Source: Paragordius varius (Eukaryota > Animalia > Nematomorpha). From it: a stretch of DNA of 64,000 bases. The stretch is from NCBI GenBank assembly GCA_964247055.1, contig OZ176056.1:434001-498000 (forward strand), given 5' to 3'. Every line of letters starts with the position of its first letter. Position 1 is the first letter of the stretch. A model generated the notes under the pieces. The model saw only the letters and a program-made list of their open reading frames with translations. It did not search any database and had not been told where the DNA came from. The translations under genes were made by a program, and so were the position numbers. Below, piece by piece: positions 1 through 13,100 of the stretch.

Positions 1-241
1 ATTATTTTTTATACTCTTAGTAAGACTACATCAAAATATAGAGATAGTTTGACAAACTCTTTCATATCCGATTTTTACAACGATACTTTAAAAATTATGG
101 TATTAAACCAGTCGCATCAAAACTCAAGTTAAACTTTTTGCTTAAAAATCGGATATTGGTCACCGGTGAACAAAATTATTTTTTTTACATTCTCTTAGTA
201 AGACTACATCAAAATATAGAAATAGTTTGACAAACTCTTTC

Positions 242-334
242 ATATCCGATTTTTACAACGATACTTTAAAAATTATGGTATTAAACCAGTCGCATTAATA
301 CTCAAGTTAAACTTTGTCCTTAAAAATCGGATAT
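242..334. repeat. 14-bp perfect inverted repeat inside the monomer (example copy), arms ~65 bp apart
   Basis: atatccgattttta (242-255) is the exact reverse complement of taaaaatcggatat (321-334); present in most monomers. Confidence 0.9.
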
Positions 335-997
335 TGGTCACCGGTGAACAAAACTATTTTTTATACATTCTCTTAGTAAGACTACATCAAAATATAGAGA
401 TAATTTGACAAACTCTTTCATATCCGATTTTTACAACGATACTTTAAAAATTATGGTATTAAACCAGTCGCATCAATACTCAAGTTAAACTTTGTCCTTA
501 AAAATCGGATATTGGTCACCGGTGAACAAAATTATATTTTATACATTCTCTTACTAAGGGTACATCAAAATATAGAAATAGTTTGACAAACTCTTTCATA
601 TCCGATTTTTACAACGATACTTTAAAAATTATGCTATTAAACCAGTCGCATCAATACTCAAGTTAAACTTTGTCCTTAAAAATCGGATATTGGTCACCGG
701 TGAACAAAATTATTTTTTATACTCTTAGTAAGACTACATCAAAATATAGAGATAGTTTGACAAACTCTTTCATATCCGATTTTTACAACGATACTTTAAA
801 AATTATGGTATTAAACCAGTCGCATCAATACTCAAGTTAAACTTTGTACTTAAAAATCGGATATTGGTCACCGGTGAACAAAATTATTTTATATACATTC
901 TCTTAGTAAGACTACATCAAAATATAGAGATAGTTTGACAAACTCTTTCATATGCGATTTTTACAACGATACTTTAAAAATTAATGTATAAAACTAG

Positions 998-1010
998 TCG
1001 TATCAATAAA
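998..1010. repeat. 13-bp insertion tcgtatcaataaa defining a 191-bp monomer subfamily (first example)
   Basis: Monomer spacing 866 to 1057 is 191 bp. The insert is a diverged tandem copy of the adjacent tcgcatcaata. It recurs at about 2250, 3685, 4940, 5840 and on to 63925. Confidence 0.9.
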
Positions 1011-2439
1011 TCGCATCAATACTCAAGTTAAACTTTGTCCTTAAAAATCGGATATTGGTCACCGGTGAACAAAATTATTTTTTATACTCTTAGTAAGACT
1101 ACATCAAAATATAGAGATAGTTTAACAAACTCTTTCATATGCGATTTTTACAACGATACTTTAAAAATTAATGTATTAAACTAGTCGCATTAATACTCAA
1201 GTTAAACTTTGTCCTTAAAATTCGGATATTGGTCACCGGTGAACAAAATTATTTTTTTTACATTCTCTTAGTAAGACTACATCAAAATATAGAGATAGTT
1301 TGACAAACTCTTTCATATCCGATTTTTGCAACGATACTTTAAAAATTATGGTATTAAACCAGTCGCATTAATACTCAAGTTAAACTTTGTCCTTAAAAAT
1401 CTGATATTGGTCACCGGTGAACAAAACTATTTTTTATACATTCTCTTAGTAAGACTACATCAAAATATAGAGATAATTTGACAAACTCTTTCATATCCGA
1501 TTTTTACAACGATATAAAAATTATGGTATTAAACCAGTCGCATCAATACTCAAGTTAAACTTTGTCATTAAAAATCGGATATTGGTCACCGGTAAACAAA
1601 ATTATTTTTTATACATTCTCTTACTAAGACTACATCAAAATATAGAAATAGTTTGACAAACTCTTTCATATCCGATTTTTACAACGATACTTTAAAAATT
1701 ATGCTATTAAACCAGTCGCATCAATACTCAAGTTAAACTTTGTCCTTAAAAATCGGATATTGGTCACCGGTGAACATAATTATTTTTTATACTCTTAGTA
1801 AGACTACATCAAAATATAGAGATAGTTTGACAAACTCTTTCATATCCGATTTTTACAACGATACTTTAAAAATTATGGTATTAAACCAGTCGCATCAATA
1901 CTCAAGTTAAACTTTGTCCTTAAAAATCGGATATTGGTCACCGGTGAACAAAATTATTTTATATACATTCTCTTAGTAAGACTACATCAAAATATAGAGA
2001 TAGTTTGACAAACTCTTTCATATCCGATTTTTACAACGATACTTTAAAAATTAATGTATAAAACTAGTCGCATCAATACTCAAGCTAAACATAGTCCTTA
2101 AAAATCGGATTTTGGTCACCGGTGAACAAAACTATTTTTTATACATTCTCTTAGTAAGACTACATCAAAATATAGAGATAGTTTGACAAACTCTTTCATA
2201 TCCGATTTTTACAACGATACTTTAAAAATTAATGTATAAAACTAGTCGTATCAATAAATCGCATCAATACTCAAGTTAAACTTTGTCCTTAAAAATCGGA
2301 TATTGGTCACCGGTGAACAAAATTATTTTTTATACATTCTCTTAGTAAGACTACATCAAAATATGGAGATAGTTTGACAAACTCTTTCATATCCGATTTT
2401 TACAACGATACTTTAAAAATTATGGTATTAAACCAGTCG

Positions 2440-3630
2440 CATCAATACTCAAGTTAAACTTTGTCCTTAAAAATCGGATATTGGTCACCGGTGAACAAAA
2501 TTATTTTTTATACATTCTCTTAGTAAGACTACATCAAAATATAGAGATAGTTTTACAAACTCTTTCATATCCGATTTTTACAACGATACTTTAAAAATTA
2601 TGGTATTAAACCAGTCGCATCAATACTCAAGTTAAACTTTGTCCTTAAAAATCGGATATTGGTCACCGGTGAACAAAATTATTTTTTATACATTCTCTTA
2701 GTAAGACTACATCAAAATATAGAGATAGTTGTACAAACTCTTTCATATCCGATTTTAACAACGATACTTTAAAAATTAATGTATTAAACTAGTCGCATCA
2801 ATACTCAATTTAAACCTTGTCCTTAAAAATCGGATATTGGTCACCGGTGAACAAAATTATTTTATATACATTCTCTTAGTAAGACTACATCAAAATATAG
2901 AGATAGTTTGACAAACTCTTTCATATCCGATTTTTACAACGATACTTTAAAAATTAATGTATAAAACTAGTCGCATCAATACTCAAGCTAAACATTGTCC
3001 TTAAAAATCGGATATTGGTCACCGGTGAACAAAATTATTTTTTATACATTCTCTTAGTAAGACTACATTAAAATATAGAGATAGTTTTACAAACTCTTTC
3101 ATATCCGATTTTTACAACGATACTTTAAAAATTATGGTATTAAACCAGTCGCATCAATACTCAAGTTAAACTTTGTCCTTAAAAATCGGATATTGGTCAC
3201 CGGTGAACAAAATTATTTTTTATACATTCTCTTAGTAAGACTACATCAAAATATAGAGATAGTTGTACAAACTCTTTCATATCCGATTTTTACAACGATA
3301 CTTTAAAAATTAATGTATTAAACTAGTCGCATCAATACTCAATTTAAACCTTGTCCTTAAAAATCGGATATTGGTCACCGGTGAACAAAATTATTTTATA
3401 TACATTCTCTTAGTAAGACTACATCAAAATATAGAGATAGTTTGACAAACTCTTTCATATCCGATTTTTACAACGATACTTTAAAAATTAATGTATAAAA
3501 CTAGTCGCATCAATACTCAAGCTAAACATTGTCCTTAAAAATCGGATATTGGTCACCGGTGAACAAAATTATTTTTTATACATTCTCTTAGTAAGACTAC
3601 ATCAAAATATAGAGATAGTTTGACAAACTC
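2440..3630. repeat. Local HOR, 534-bp (3-monomer) period
   Basis: ttttacaaac 2551/3085, gtacaaac 2731/3265, ctcaatttaaaccttg 2804/3338. Confidence 0.85.
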
Positions 3631-4649
3631 TTTCATATCCGATTTTTACAACGATACTTTAAAAATTAATGTATAAAACTAGTCGTATCAATAAATCGCA
3701 TCAATATTCAAGTTAAACTTTGTCCTTAAAAATCGGATATTGGTCACCGGTGAACAAAATTATTTTTTATACCTTCTCTTAGTAGGACTACATCAAAATA
3801 TAGAGATAGTTTGGTAAACTCTTTCATATCCGATTTTTACAACGATACGTTAAAAATTAATGTATAAAACTAGTCGCAGCAATACTCAAGTTAAACTTTG
3901 TCCTTAAAAATCGGATATTGGTCACCGGTGCACAAAATAATTTTTTATACATTCTCTTAGTAAGACTACATATAAAAATATAGAGATAGTTTGACAAACT
4001 CTTTCATATCCGATTTTTACAACGATACTTTAAAAATTATGGTATTAAAACAGTCGCATCAATACTCAAGTTAAACTTTATCCTTAAAAATGGGATATTG
4101 GTCACCGGTGAACAAAATTATTTTTTATACATTCTCTTGACTACATCAAAATATAGAAATAGTTTGACAAACTCTTTCATATCCGATTTTTACAACGATA
4201 CTTAAAAATTAATATATTAAACTAGTCGCATCAATACTCAAGCTAAACATTGTCCTTAAAAATCGGATATTGGTCACCGGTGAACAAAACTATTTTTTAT
4301 ACATTCTCTTAGTAAGACTACATCAAAATATAGAGATAGTTTCACAAACTCTTTCATATCCGATTTTTACAGCGATACTTTAAAAATTAATGTATTAAAC
4401 CAGTCGCATCAATACTCAAGTTAAACTTTGTCCTTAAAAATCAGATATTGGTCATCGGTGAACAAAATAATTTTTTATACATTCTCTTAGTAAGATTACA
4501 TATAAAAATATAGAGATAGTTTGACAAACTCTTTCATATCCGATTTTTACAACGATACTTTAAAAATTAATGTATAAAACTAGTCGCATCAATACTCAAG
4601 TTAAACTTTATCCTTAAGAATCGGATATTGGTCGCGGATAAAGAAAATT

Positions 4650-7600
4650 ATTTTTTATACATTCTCTTAGTAAGACGACATCAAAATATAGAAATAGTTT
4701 GACAAACTCTTTCATATCCGATTTTTACAACGATACTTTAAAAATTATGGTATTAAACCAGTCGCATCAATACTCAAGTTAAACTTTATCCTTAAAAATC
4801 GGATATTGGTCCCCGGTGAACAAAACTATTTTTTATACATTCTCTTAGTATGACTACATCAAAATATAGAGATAATTTGACAAACTCTTTCATATCCGAT
4901 TTTTACAACGATACTTTAAAAATTAATGTATAAAACTAGTCGTATCAATAAATCGCATCAATCCTCAAGTTAAACTTTGTCCTTAAAAATCGGATATTGG
5001 TCACCGGTGAACAAAATTATTTTTTATACATTCTCTTAGTAGGACTACATCAAAATATAGCGATAGTTTGGCAAACTGTTTCATATCCGATTTTTACAAC
5101 AATAATTTAAAAATTAATGTATAAAACTAGTCTCATCAATACTCAAGTTAAACTTTGTCCTTAAAAATCGAATATTGGTCACCGGTGAACAAAATTATTT
5201 TTTATACATCTTAGTAAGACTACATCAAAATATAGAGATAGTTTGACAAACTCTTTCATATCCGATTTTTACAACGATACTTTAAAAATTAATGTATAAA
5301 AATAGTCGCATCAATACTCAAGTTAAATTTTATCCTTAAAAATCAGATATTGGTCATCGGTGAACAAAATAATTTTTTATACATTCTCTTAGTAAGATTA
5401 CATATAAAAATATAGAGATAGTTTGACAAACTCTTTCATATCCGATTTTTACAACGATACTTTAAAAATTATGTTATTAAACCAGTCGCATCAATACTCA
5501 AGTTAAACTTTGTCCTTAAAAATCGGATATTGGTCACCGGTGAACAAAATTATTTTTTATACATTCTCTTAGTAAGACGATATCAAAATATAGAAATAGT
5601 TTGACAAACTCTTTCATATCCGATTTTTACAACGATACTTTAAAAATTATGGTATTAAACCAGTCGCATCAATACTCAAGTTAAACTTTGTCCTTAAAAA
5701 TCGGATATTGGTCACCGGTGAACAAAACTATTTTTTATACATTCTCTTAGTATGACTACATCAAAATATAGAGATAATTTGACAAACTCTTTCATATCCG
5801 ATTTTTACAACGATACTTTAAAAATTAATGTATAAAACTAGTCGTATCAATAAATCGCATCAATCCTCAAGTTAAACTTTGTCCTTAAAAATCGGATATT
5901 GGTCACCGGTGAACAAAATTATTTTTTATACATTCTCTTAGTAGGACTACATCAAAATATAGAAATAGTTTGACAAACTCTTTCATATCCGATTTTTACA
6001 ACGATACTTTAAAAATTATGGTATTAAACTAGTCGCATCAATACTCAAGTTAAACTTTGTCCTTAAAAATCGGATATTGGTCACCGGTGAACAAAATTAT
6101 TTTTTATACATTCTCTTAGTAGGACTACATCAAAATATAGAGATAGTTTGGCAAACTGTTTCATATCCGATTTTTACCGATACTTTAAAAATTAATGTAT
6201 AAAACTAGTCGCATCAATACTCAAGTTAAACTTTGTCCTTAAAAATCGAATATTGGTCACCGGTGAACAAAATTATTTTTTATACATTCTCTTAGTAAGA
6301 CTACATCAAAATATAGAAATAGTTTGACAAACTCTTTCATATCCGATTTTTACAACGATACTTTAAAAATTAATGTATTAAACCAGTCGCATCAATACTC
6401 AAGTTAAACTTTGTCCTTAAAAATCGGATATTGGTCACCGGTGCCCAAATTTATTTTTTATACATTCTCTTAGTAAGACTACATCAAAATATAGAGATAG
6501 TTTGACAAACTCTTTCATATCCGATTTTTACAACGATACTTTAAAAATTAATGTATAAAACTAGTCGCATCAATACTCAAGTTAAATTTTATCCTTAAAA
6601 ATCAGATATTGGTCATCGGTGAACAAAATAATTTTTTATACATTCTCTTAGTAAGATTACATATAAAAATATAGAGATAGTTTGACAAACTCTTTCATAT
6701 CCGATTTTTACAACGATACTTTAAAAATTATGGTATTAAACCAGTCGCATCAATACTCAAGTTAAACTTTGTCCTTAAAAATCGGATATTGGTCACCGGT
6801 GAACAAAATTATTTTTTATACATTCTCTTAGTAAGACGACATCAAAATATAGAAATAGTTTGACAAACTCTTTCATATCCGATTTTTACAACGATACTTT
6901 AAAAATTATGGTATTAAACCAGTCGCATCAATACTCAAGTTAAACTTTATCCTTAAAAATCGGATATTGGTCCCCGGTGAACAAAACTATTTTTTATACA
7001 TTCTCTTAGTATGACTACATCAAAATATAGAGATAATTTGACAAACTCTTTCATATCCGATTTTTACAACGATACTTTAAAAATTAATGTATAAAACTAG
7101 TCGTATCAATAAATCGCATCAATCCTCAAGTTAAACTTTGTCCTTAAAAATCGGATATTGGTCACCGGTGAACAAAATTATTTTTTATACATTCTCTTAG
7201 TAGGACTACATCAAAATATAGCGATAGTTTGGCAAACTGTTTCATATCCGATTTTTACAACAATAATTTAAAAATTAATGTATAAAACTAGTCTCATCAA
7301 TACTCAAGTTAAACTTTGTCCTTAAAAATCGAATATTGGTCACCGGTGAACAAAATTATTTTTTATACATCTTAGTAAGACTACATCAAAATATAGAGAT
7401 AGTTTGACAAACTCTTTCATATCCGATTTTTACAACGATACTTTAAAAATTAATGTATAAAAATAGTCGCATCAATACTCAAGTTAAATTTTATCCTTAA
7501 AAATCAGATATTGGTCATCGGTGAACAAAATAATTTTTTATACATTCTCTTAGTAAGATTACATATAAAAATATAGAGATAGTTTGACAAACTCTTTCAT

Positions 7601-8515
7601 ATCCGATTTTTACAACGATACTTTAAAAATTATGTTATTAAACCAGTCGCATCAATACTCAAGTTAAACTTTGTCCTTAAAAATCGGATATTGGTCACCG
7701 GTGAACAAAATTATTTTTTATACATTCTCTTAGTAAGACGATATCAAAATATAGAAATAGTTTGACAAACTCTTTCATATCCGATTTTTACAACGATACT
7801 TTAAAAATTATGGTATTAAACCAGTCGCATCAATACTCAAGTTAAACTTTGTCCTTAAAAATCGGATATTGGTCACCGGTGAACAAAACTATTTTTTATA
7901 CATTCTCTTAGTATGACTACATCAAAATATAGAGATAATTTGACAAACTCTTTCATATCCGATTTTTACAACGATACTTTAAAAATTAATGTATAAAACT
8001 AGTCGTATCAATAAATCGCATCAATCCTCAAGTTAAACTTTGTCCTTAAAAATCGGATATTGGTCACCGGTGAACAAAATTATTTTTTATACATTCTCTT
8101 AGTAGGACTACATCAAAATATAGAAATAGTTTGACAAACTCTTTCATATCCGATTTTTACAACGATACTTTAAAAATTATGGTATTAAACTAGTCGCATC
8201 AATACTCAAGTTAAACTTTGTCCTTAAAAATCGGATATTGGTCACCGGTGAACAAAATTATTTTTTATACATTCTCTTAGTAGGACTACATCAAAATATA
8301 GAGATAGTTTGGCAAACTGTTTCATATCCGATTTTTACCGATACTTTAAAAATTAATGTATAAAACTAGTCGCATCAATACTCAAGTTAAACTTTGTCCT
8401 TAAAAATCGAATATTGGTCACCGGTGAACAAAATTATTTTTTATACATTCTCTTAGTAAGACTACATCAAAATATAGAAATAGTTTGACAAACTCTTTCA
8501 TATCCGATTTTTACA
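4650..8515. repeat. Local HOR, 2161-bp (12-monomer) period
   Basis: gacgac 4674/6835, cccc 4811/6972, aataat 5101/7262, catcttag 5207/7368, tttttaccga 6171/8332. Confidence 0.88.
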
Positions 8516-9775
8516 ACAATACTTTAAAAATTAATGTATAAAACTAGTCTCATCAATACTCAAGTTAAACTTTGTCCTTAAAAATCGAATATTGGTCACC
8601 GGTGAACAAAATTATTTTTTATACATTCTCTTAGTAAGACTACATCAAAATATAGAGATAGTTTGACAAACTCTTTCATATCCGATTTTTACAACGATAC
8701 TTTAAAAATTAATGTATAAAACTAGTCGCATCAATACTCAAGTTAAATTTTATCCTTAAAAATCAGATATTGGTCATCGGTGAACAAAATAATTTTTTAT
8801 ACATTCTCTTAGTAAGATTACATATAAAAATATAGAGATAGTTTGACAAACTCTTTCATATCCGATTTTTACAACGATACTTTAAAAATTATGGTATTAA
8901 ACCAGTCGCATCAATACTCAAGTTAAACTTTGTCCTTAAAAATCGGATATTGGTCACCGGTGAACAAAATTATTTTTTATACATTCTCTTAGTAAGACGA
9001 TATCAAAATATAGAAATAGTTTGACAAACTCTTTCATATCCGATTTTTACAACGATACTTTAAAAATTATGGTATTAAACCAGTCGCATCAATACTCAAG
9101 TTAAACTTTGTCCTTAAAAATCGGATATTGGTCACCGGTGAACAAAACTATTTTTTATACATTCTCTTAGTATGACTACATCAAAATATAGAGATAATTT
9201 GACAAACTCTTTCATATCCGATTTTTACAACGATACTTTAAAAATTAATGTATAAAACTAGTCGTATCAATAAATCGCATCAATCCTCAAGTTAAACTTT
9301 GTCCTTAAAAATCGGATATTGGTCACCGGTGAACAAAATTATTTTTTATACATTCTCTTAGTAGGACTACATCAAAATATAGAAATAGTTTGACAAACTC
9401 TTTCATATCCGATTTTTACAACGATACTTTAAAAATTATGGTATTAAACTAGTCGCATCAATACTCAAGTTAAACTTTGTCCTTAAAAATCGGATATTGG
9501 TCACCGGTGAACAAAATTATTTTTTATACATTCTCTTAGTAGGACTACATCAAAATATAGAGATAGTTTGGCAAACTGTTTCATATCCGATTTTTACCGA
9601 TACTTTAAAAATTAATGTATAAAACTAGTCGCATCAATACTCAAGTTAAACTTTGTCCTTAAAAATCGAATATTGGTCACCGGTGAACAAAATTATTTTT
9701 TATACATTCTCTTAGTAAGACTACATCAAAATATAGAAATAGTTTGACAAACTCTTTCATATCCGATTTTTACAA
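7375..9775. repeat. Local HOR, 1259-bp (7-monomer) period overlapping the 2161-bp HOR
   Basis: gacgatatc 7737/8996 and tttttaccga 8332/9591. The combined 3420-bp offset also links gtgc.caaattt at 6441/9861. Confidence 0.8.
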
Positions 9776-11639
9776 CGATACTTTAAAAATTAATGTATTA
9801 AACCAGTCGCATCAATACTCAAGTTAAACTTTGTCCTTAAAAATCGGATATTGGTCACCGGTGCACAAATTTATTTTTTATACATTCTCTTAGTAAGACT
9901 ACATCAAAATATAGAGATAGTTTGACAAACTCTTTCATATCCGATTTTTACAACGATACTTTAAAAATTAATGTATAAAACTAGTCGCATCAATACTCAA
10001 GTTAAATTTTATCCTTAAAAATCAGATATTGGTCATCGGTGAACAAAATAATTTTTTATACATTCTCTTAGTAAGATTACATATAAAAATATAGAGATAG
10101 TTTGACAAACTCTTTCATATCCGATTTTTACAACGATACTTTAAAAATTATGGTATTAAACCAGTCGCATCAATACTCAAGTTAAACTTTGTCCTTAAAA
10201 ATCGGATATTGGTCACCGGTGAACAAAATTATTTTTTATACATTCTCTTAGTAGGACTACATCAAAATATAGCGATAGTTTGGCAAACTGTTTCATATCC
10301 GATTTTTACAACAATACTTTAAAAATTAATGTATAAAACTAGTCTCATCAATACTCAAGTTAAACTTTGTCCTTAAAAATCGAATATTGGTCACCGGTGA
10401 ACAAAATTATTTTTTATACATTCTCTTAGTAAGACTACATCAAAATATAGAGATAGTTTGACAAACTCTTTCATATCCGATTTTTACAACGATACTTTAA
10501 AAATTAATGTATAAAACTAGTCGCATCAATACTCAAGTTAAATTTTATCCTTAAAAATCAGATATTGGTCATCGGTGAACAAAATAATTTTTTATACATT
10601 CTCTTAGTAAGATTACATATAAAAATATAGAGATAGTTTGACAAACTCTTTCATATCCGATTTTTACAACGATACTTTAAAAATTATGGTATTAAACCAG
10701 TCGCATCAATACTCAAGTTAAACTTTGTCCTTAAAAATCGGATATTGGTCACCGGTGAACAAAATTATTTTTTATACATTCTCTTAGTAAGACGATATCA
10801 AAATATAGCAATAGTTTGACAAACACTTTCATATCCGATTTTTACAACGATACTTTAAAAATTATGGTATTAAACCAGTCGCATCAATACTCAAGTTAAA
10901 CTTTGTCCTTAAAAATCGGATATTGGTCACCGGTGAACAAAATTATTTTTTATACATTCTCTTAGTATGACTACATCAAAATATAGAGATAATTTGACAA
11001 ACTCTTTCATATCCGATTTTTACAACGATACTTTAAAAATTAATGTATAAAACTAGTCGTATCAATAAATCGCATCAATCCTCAAGTTAAACTTTGTCCT
11101 TAAAAATCGGATATTGGTCACCGGTGAACAAAATTATTTTTTATACATTCTCTTAGTAGGACTACATCAAAATATAGCGATAGTTTGGCAAACTGTTTCA
11201 TATCCGATTTTTACAACGATACTTTAAAAATTAATGTATAAAACTAGTCTCATCAATACTCAAGTTAAACTTTGTCCTTAAAAATCGGATATTGGTCACC
11301 GGTGAACAAAACTATTTTTTATACATTCTCTTAGTAAGACTACATCAAAATATAGAGATAATTTGACAAACTCTTTCATTTCCGATTTTTACAACGATAC
11401 TTTAAAAATTAATGTATAAAACTAGTCGTATCAATAAATCGCATCAATACTCAAGTTAAACTTTGTCCTTAAAAATCGGATATTGGTCACAGGTGAACAA
11501 AATTATTTTTTATACATTCTCTTAGTAGGACTACATCAATATATAGAGATAGTTTGGCCTGTTTCATATCCGATTTTTACAACGATACTTTAAAAATTAA
11601 TGTATAAAACTAGTCGCATAAATACTCAAGTTAAACTTT

Positions 11640-13100
11640 ATCCTTAAAAATCAGATATTGGTCACCATTGAACAAAAAATTTTTTATACATTCTCTTAGT
11701 AAGACTACATATAAAAATATAGAGATAGTTTGACAAACTCTTTCATATCCGATTTTTACAACGATACTTTAAAAATTATGGTATTAAACCAGTCGCATCA
11801 ATACTCAAATTAAACTTTATCCTTAAAAATGGGATATTGGTCACCGGTGAACAAAATTATTTTTTATACATTCTCTTAGTAAGACTACATCAAAATATAG
11901 AAATAGTTTGACAAACTCTTTCATATCCGATTTTTACAACGATACTTAAAAATTAATATATTAAACTAGTCGCATCAATACTCAAGCTAAACATTGTCCT
12001 TAAAAATCGGATATTGGTCACCGGTGAACAAAACTATTTTTTATACATTCTCTTAGTAAGACTACATCAAAATATAGAGATAGTTTGACAAACTCTTTCA
12101 TATCCGATTTTTACAACGATACTTTAAAAATTAATGTATAAAACTAGTCGCATCAATACTCAAGTTAAACTTTATCCTTAAAAATCAGATATTGGTCACC
12201 GGTGAACAAAATAATTTTTTATACATTCTCTTAGTAAGACTACATATAAAAATATAGAGATAGTTTGACAAACTCTTTCATATCCGATTTTTACAACGAT
12301 ACTTTAAAAATTATGGTATTAAACCAGTCGCATCAATACTCAAGTTAAACTTTGTCCTTAAAAATCGGATATTGGTCACCGGTGAACAAAATTATTTTTT
12401 AAACATTCTCTTAGTAAGACTACATCAAAATATAGAAATAGTTTGACAAACTCTTTCATATCCGATTTTTACAACACTTAAAAATTAATGTATTAAACTA
12501 GTCGCATCAATACTCAAGCTAAACATTGTCCTTAAAAATCGGATATTGGTCACCGGTGAACAAAACTATTTTTTATACATTCTCTTAGTAAGACTACATT
12601 AAAATATAGAGATAGTTTGACAAACTCTTTCATATCCGATTTTTACAACGATACTTTAAAAATTAATGTATAAAACTAGTCGCATCAATACTCAAGTTAA
12701 ACTTTATCCTTAAAAATCGGATATTGGTCACCGGTGAACAAAATAATTTTTCATACATTCTCTTAGTAAAACTACATATAAAAATATAGAGATAGTTTGA
12801 CAAATTCTTTCATATCCGATTTTTACAACGATACTTTAAAAAATATGGTATTAAACCAGTCGCATCAATACTCAAGTTAAACTTTGTCCTTAAAAATCGG
12901 ATATTGGTCACCGGTGAACAAAATTATTTTTTAAACATTCTCTTAGTAAGACTACATCAAAATATAGAAATAGTTTGACAAACTCTTTCATATCCGATTT
13001 TTACAACGATACTTAAAAATTAATGTATTAAACTAGTCGCATCAATAATCAAGCTAAACATTGTCCTTAAAAATCGGATATTGGTCACCGGTGAACAAAA
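11640..13100. repeat. Local HOR, ~533-bp (3-monomer) period
   Basis: tacatataaaaatat at 11706, 12241 and 12773, alternating with gaaatag/gctaaacattg monomers. Confidence 0.75.

Larger units (their letters stand above)
170..1970. repeat. Local HOR, ~1070-bp (6-monomer) period
   Basis: ttacta 551/1621, atgctattaa 631/1701, aaact 351/1424; the gcattaata variant is also paired. Confidence 0.75.

Noticed and set aside
335-365. Rho-independent terminator (GC hairpin followed by a T-run)
   Set aside because: The tcaccggtga stem has no loop, the T-run is separated from it by aacaaaa, and there is no upstream gene.
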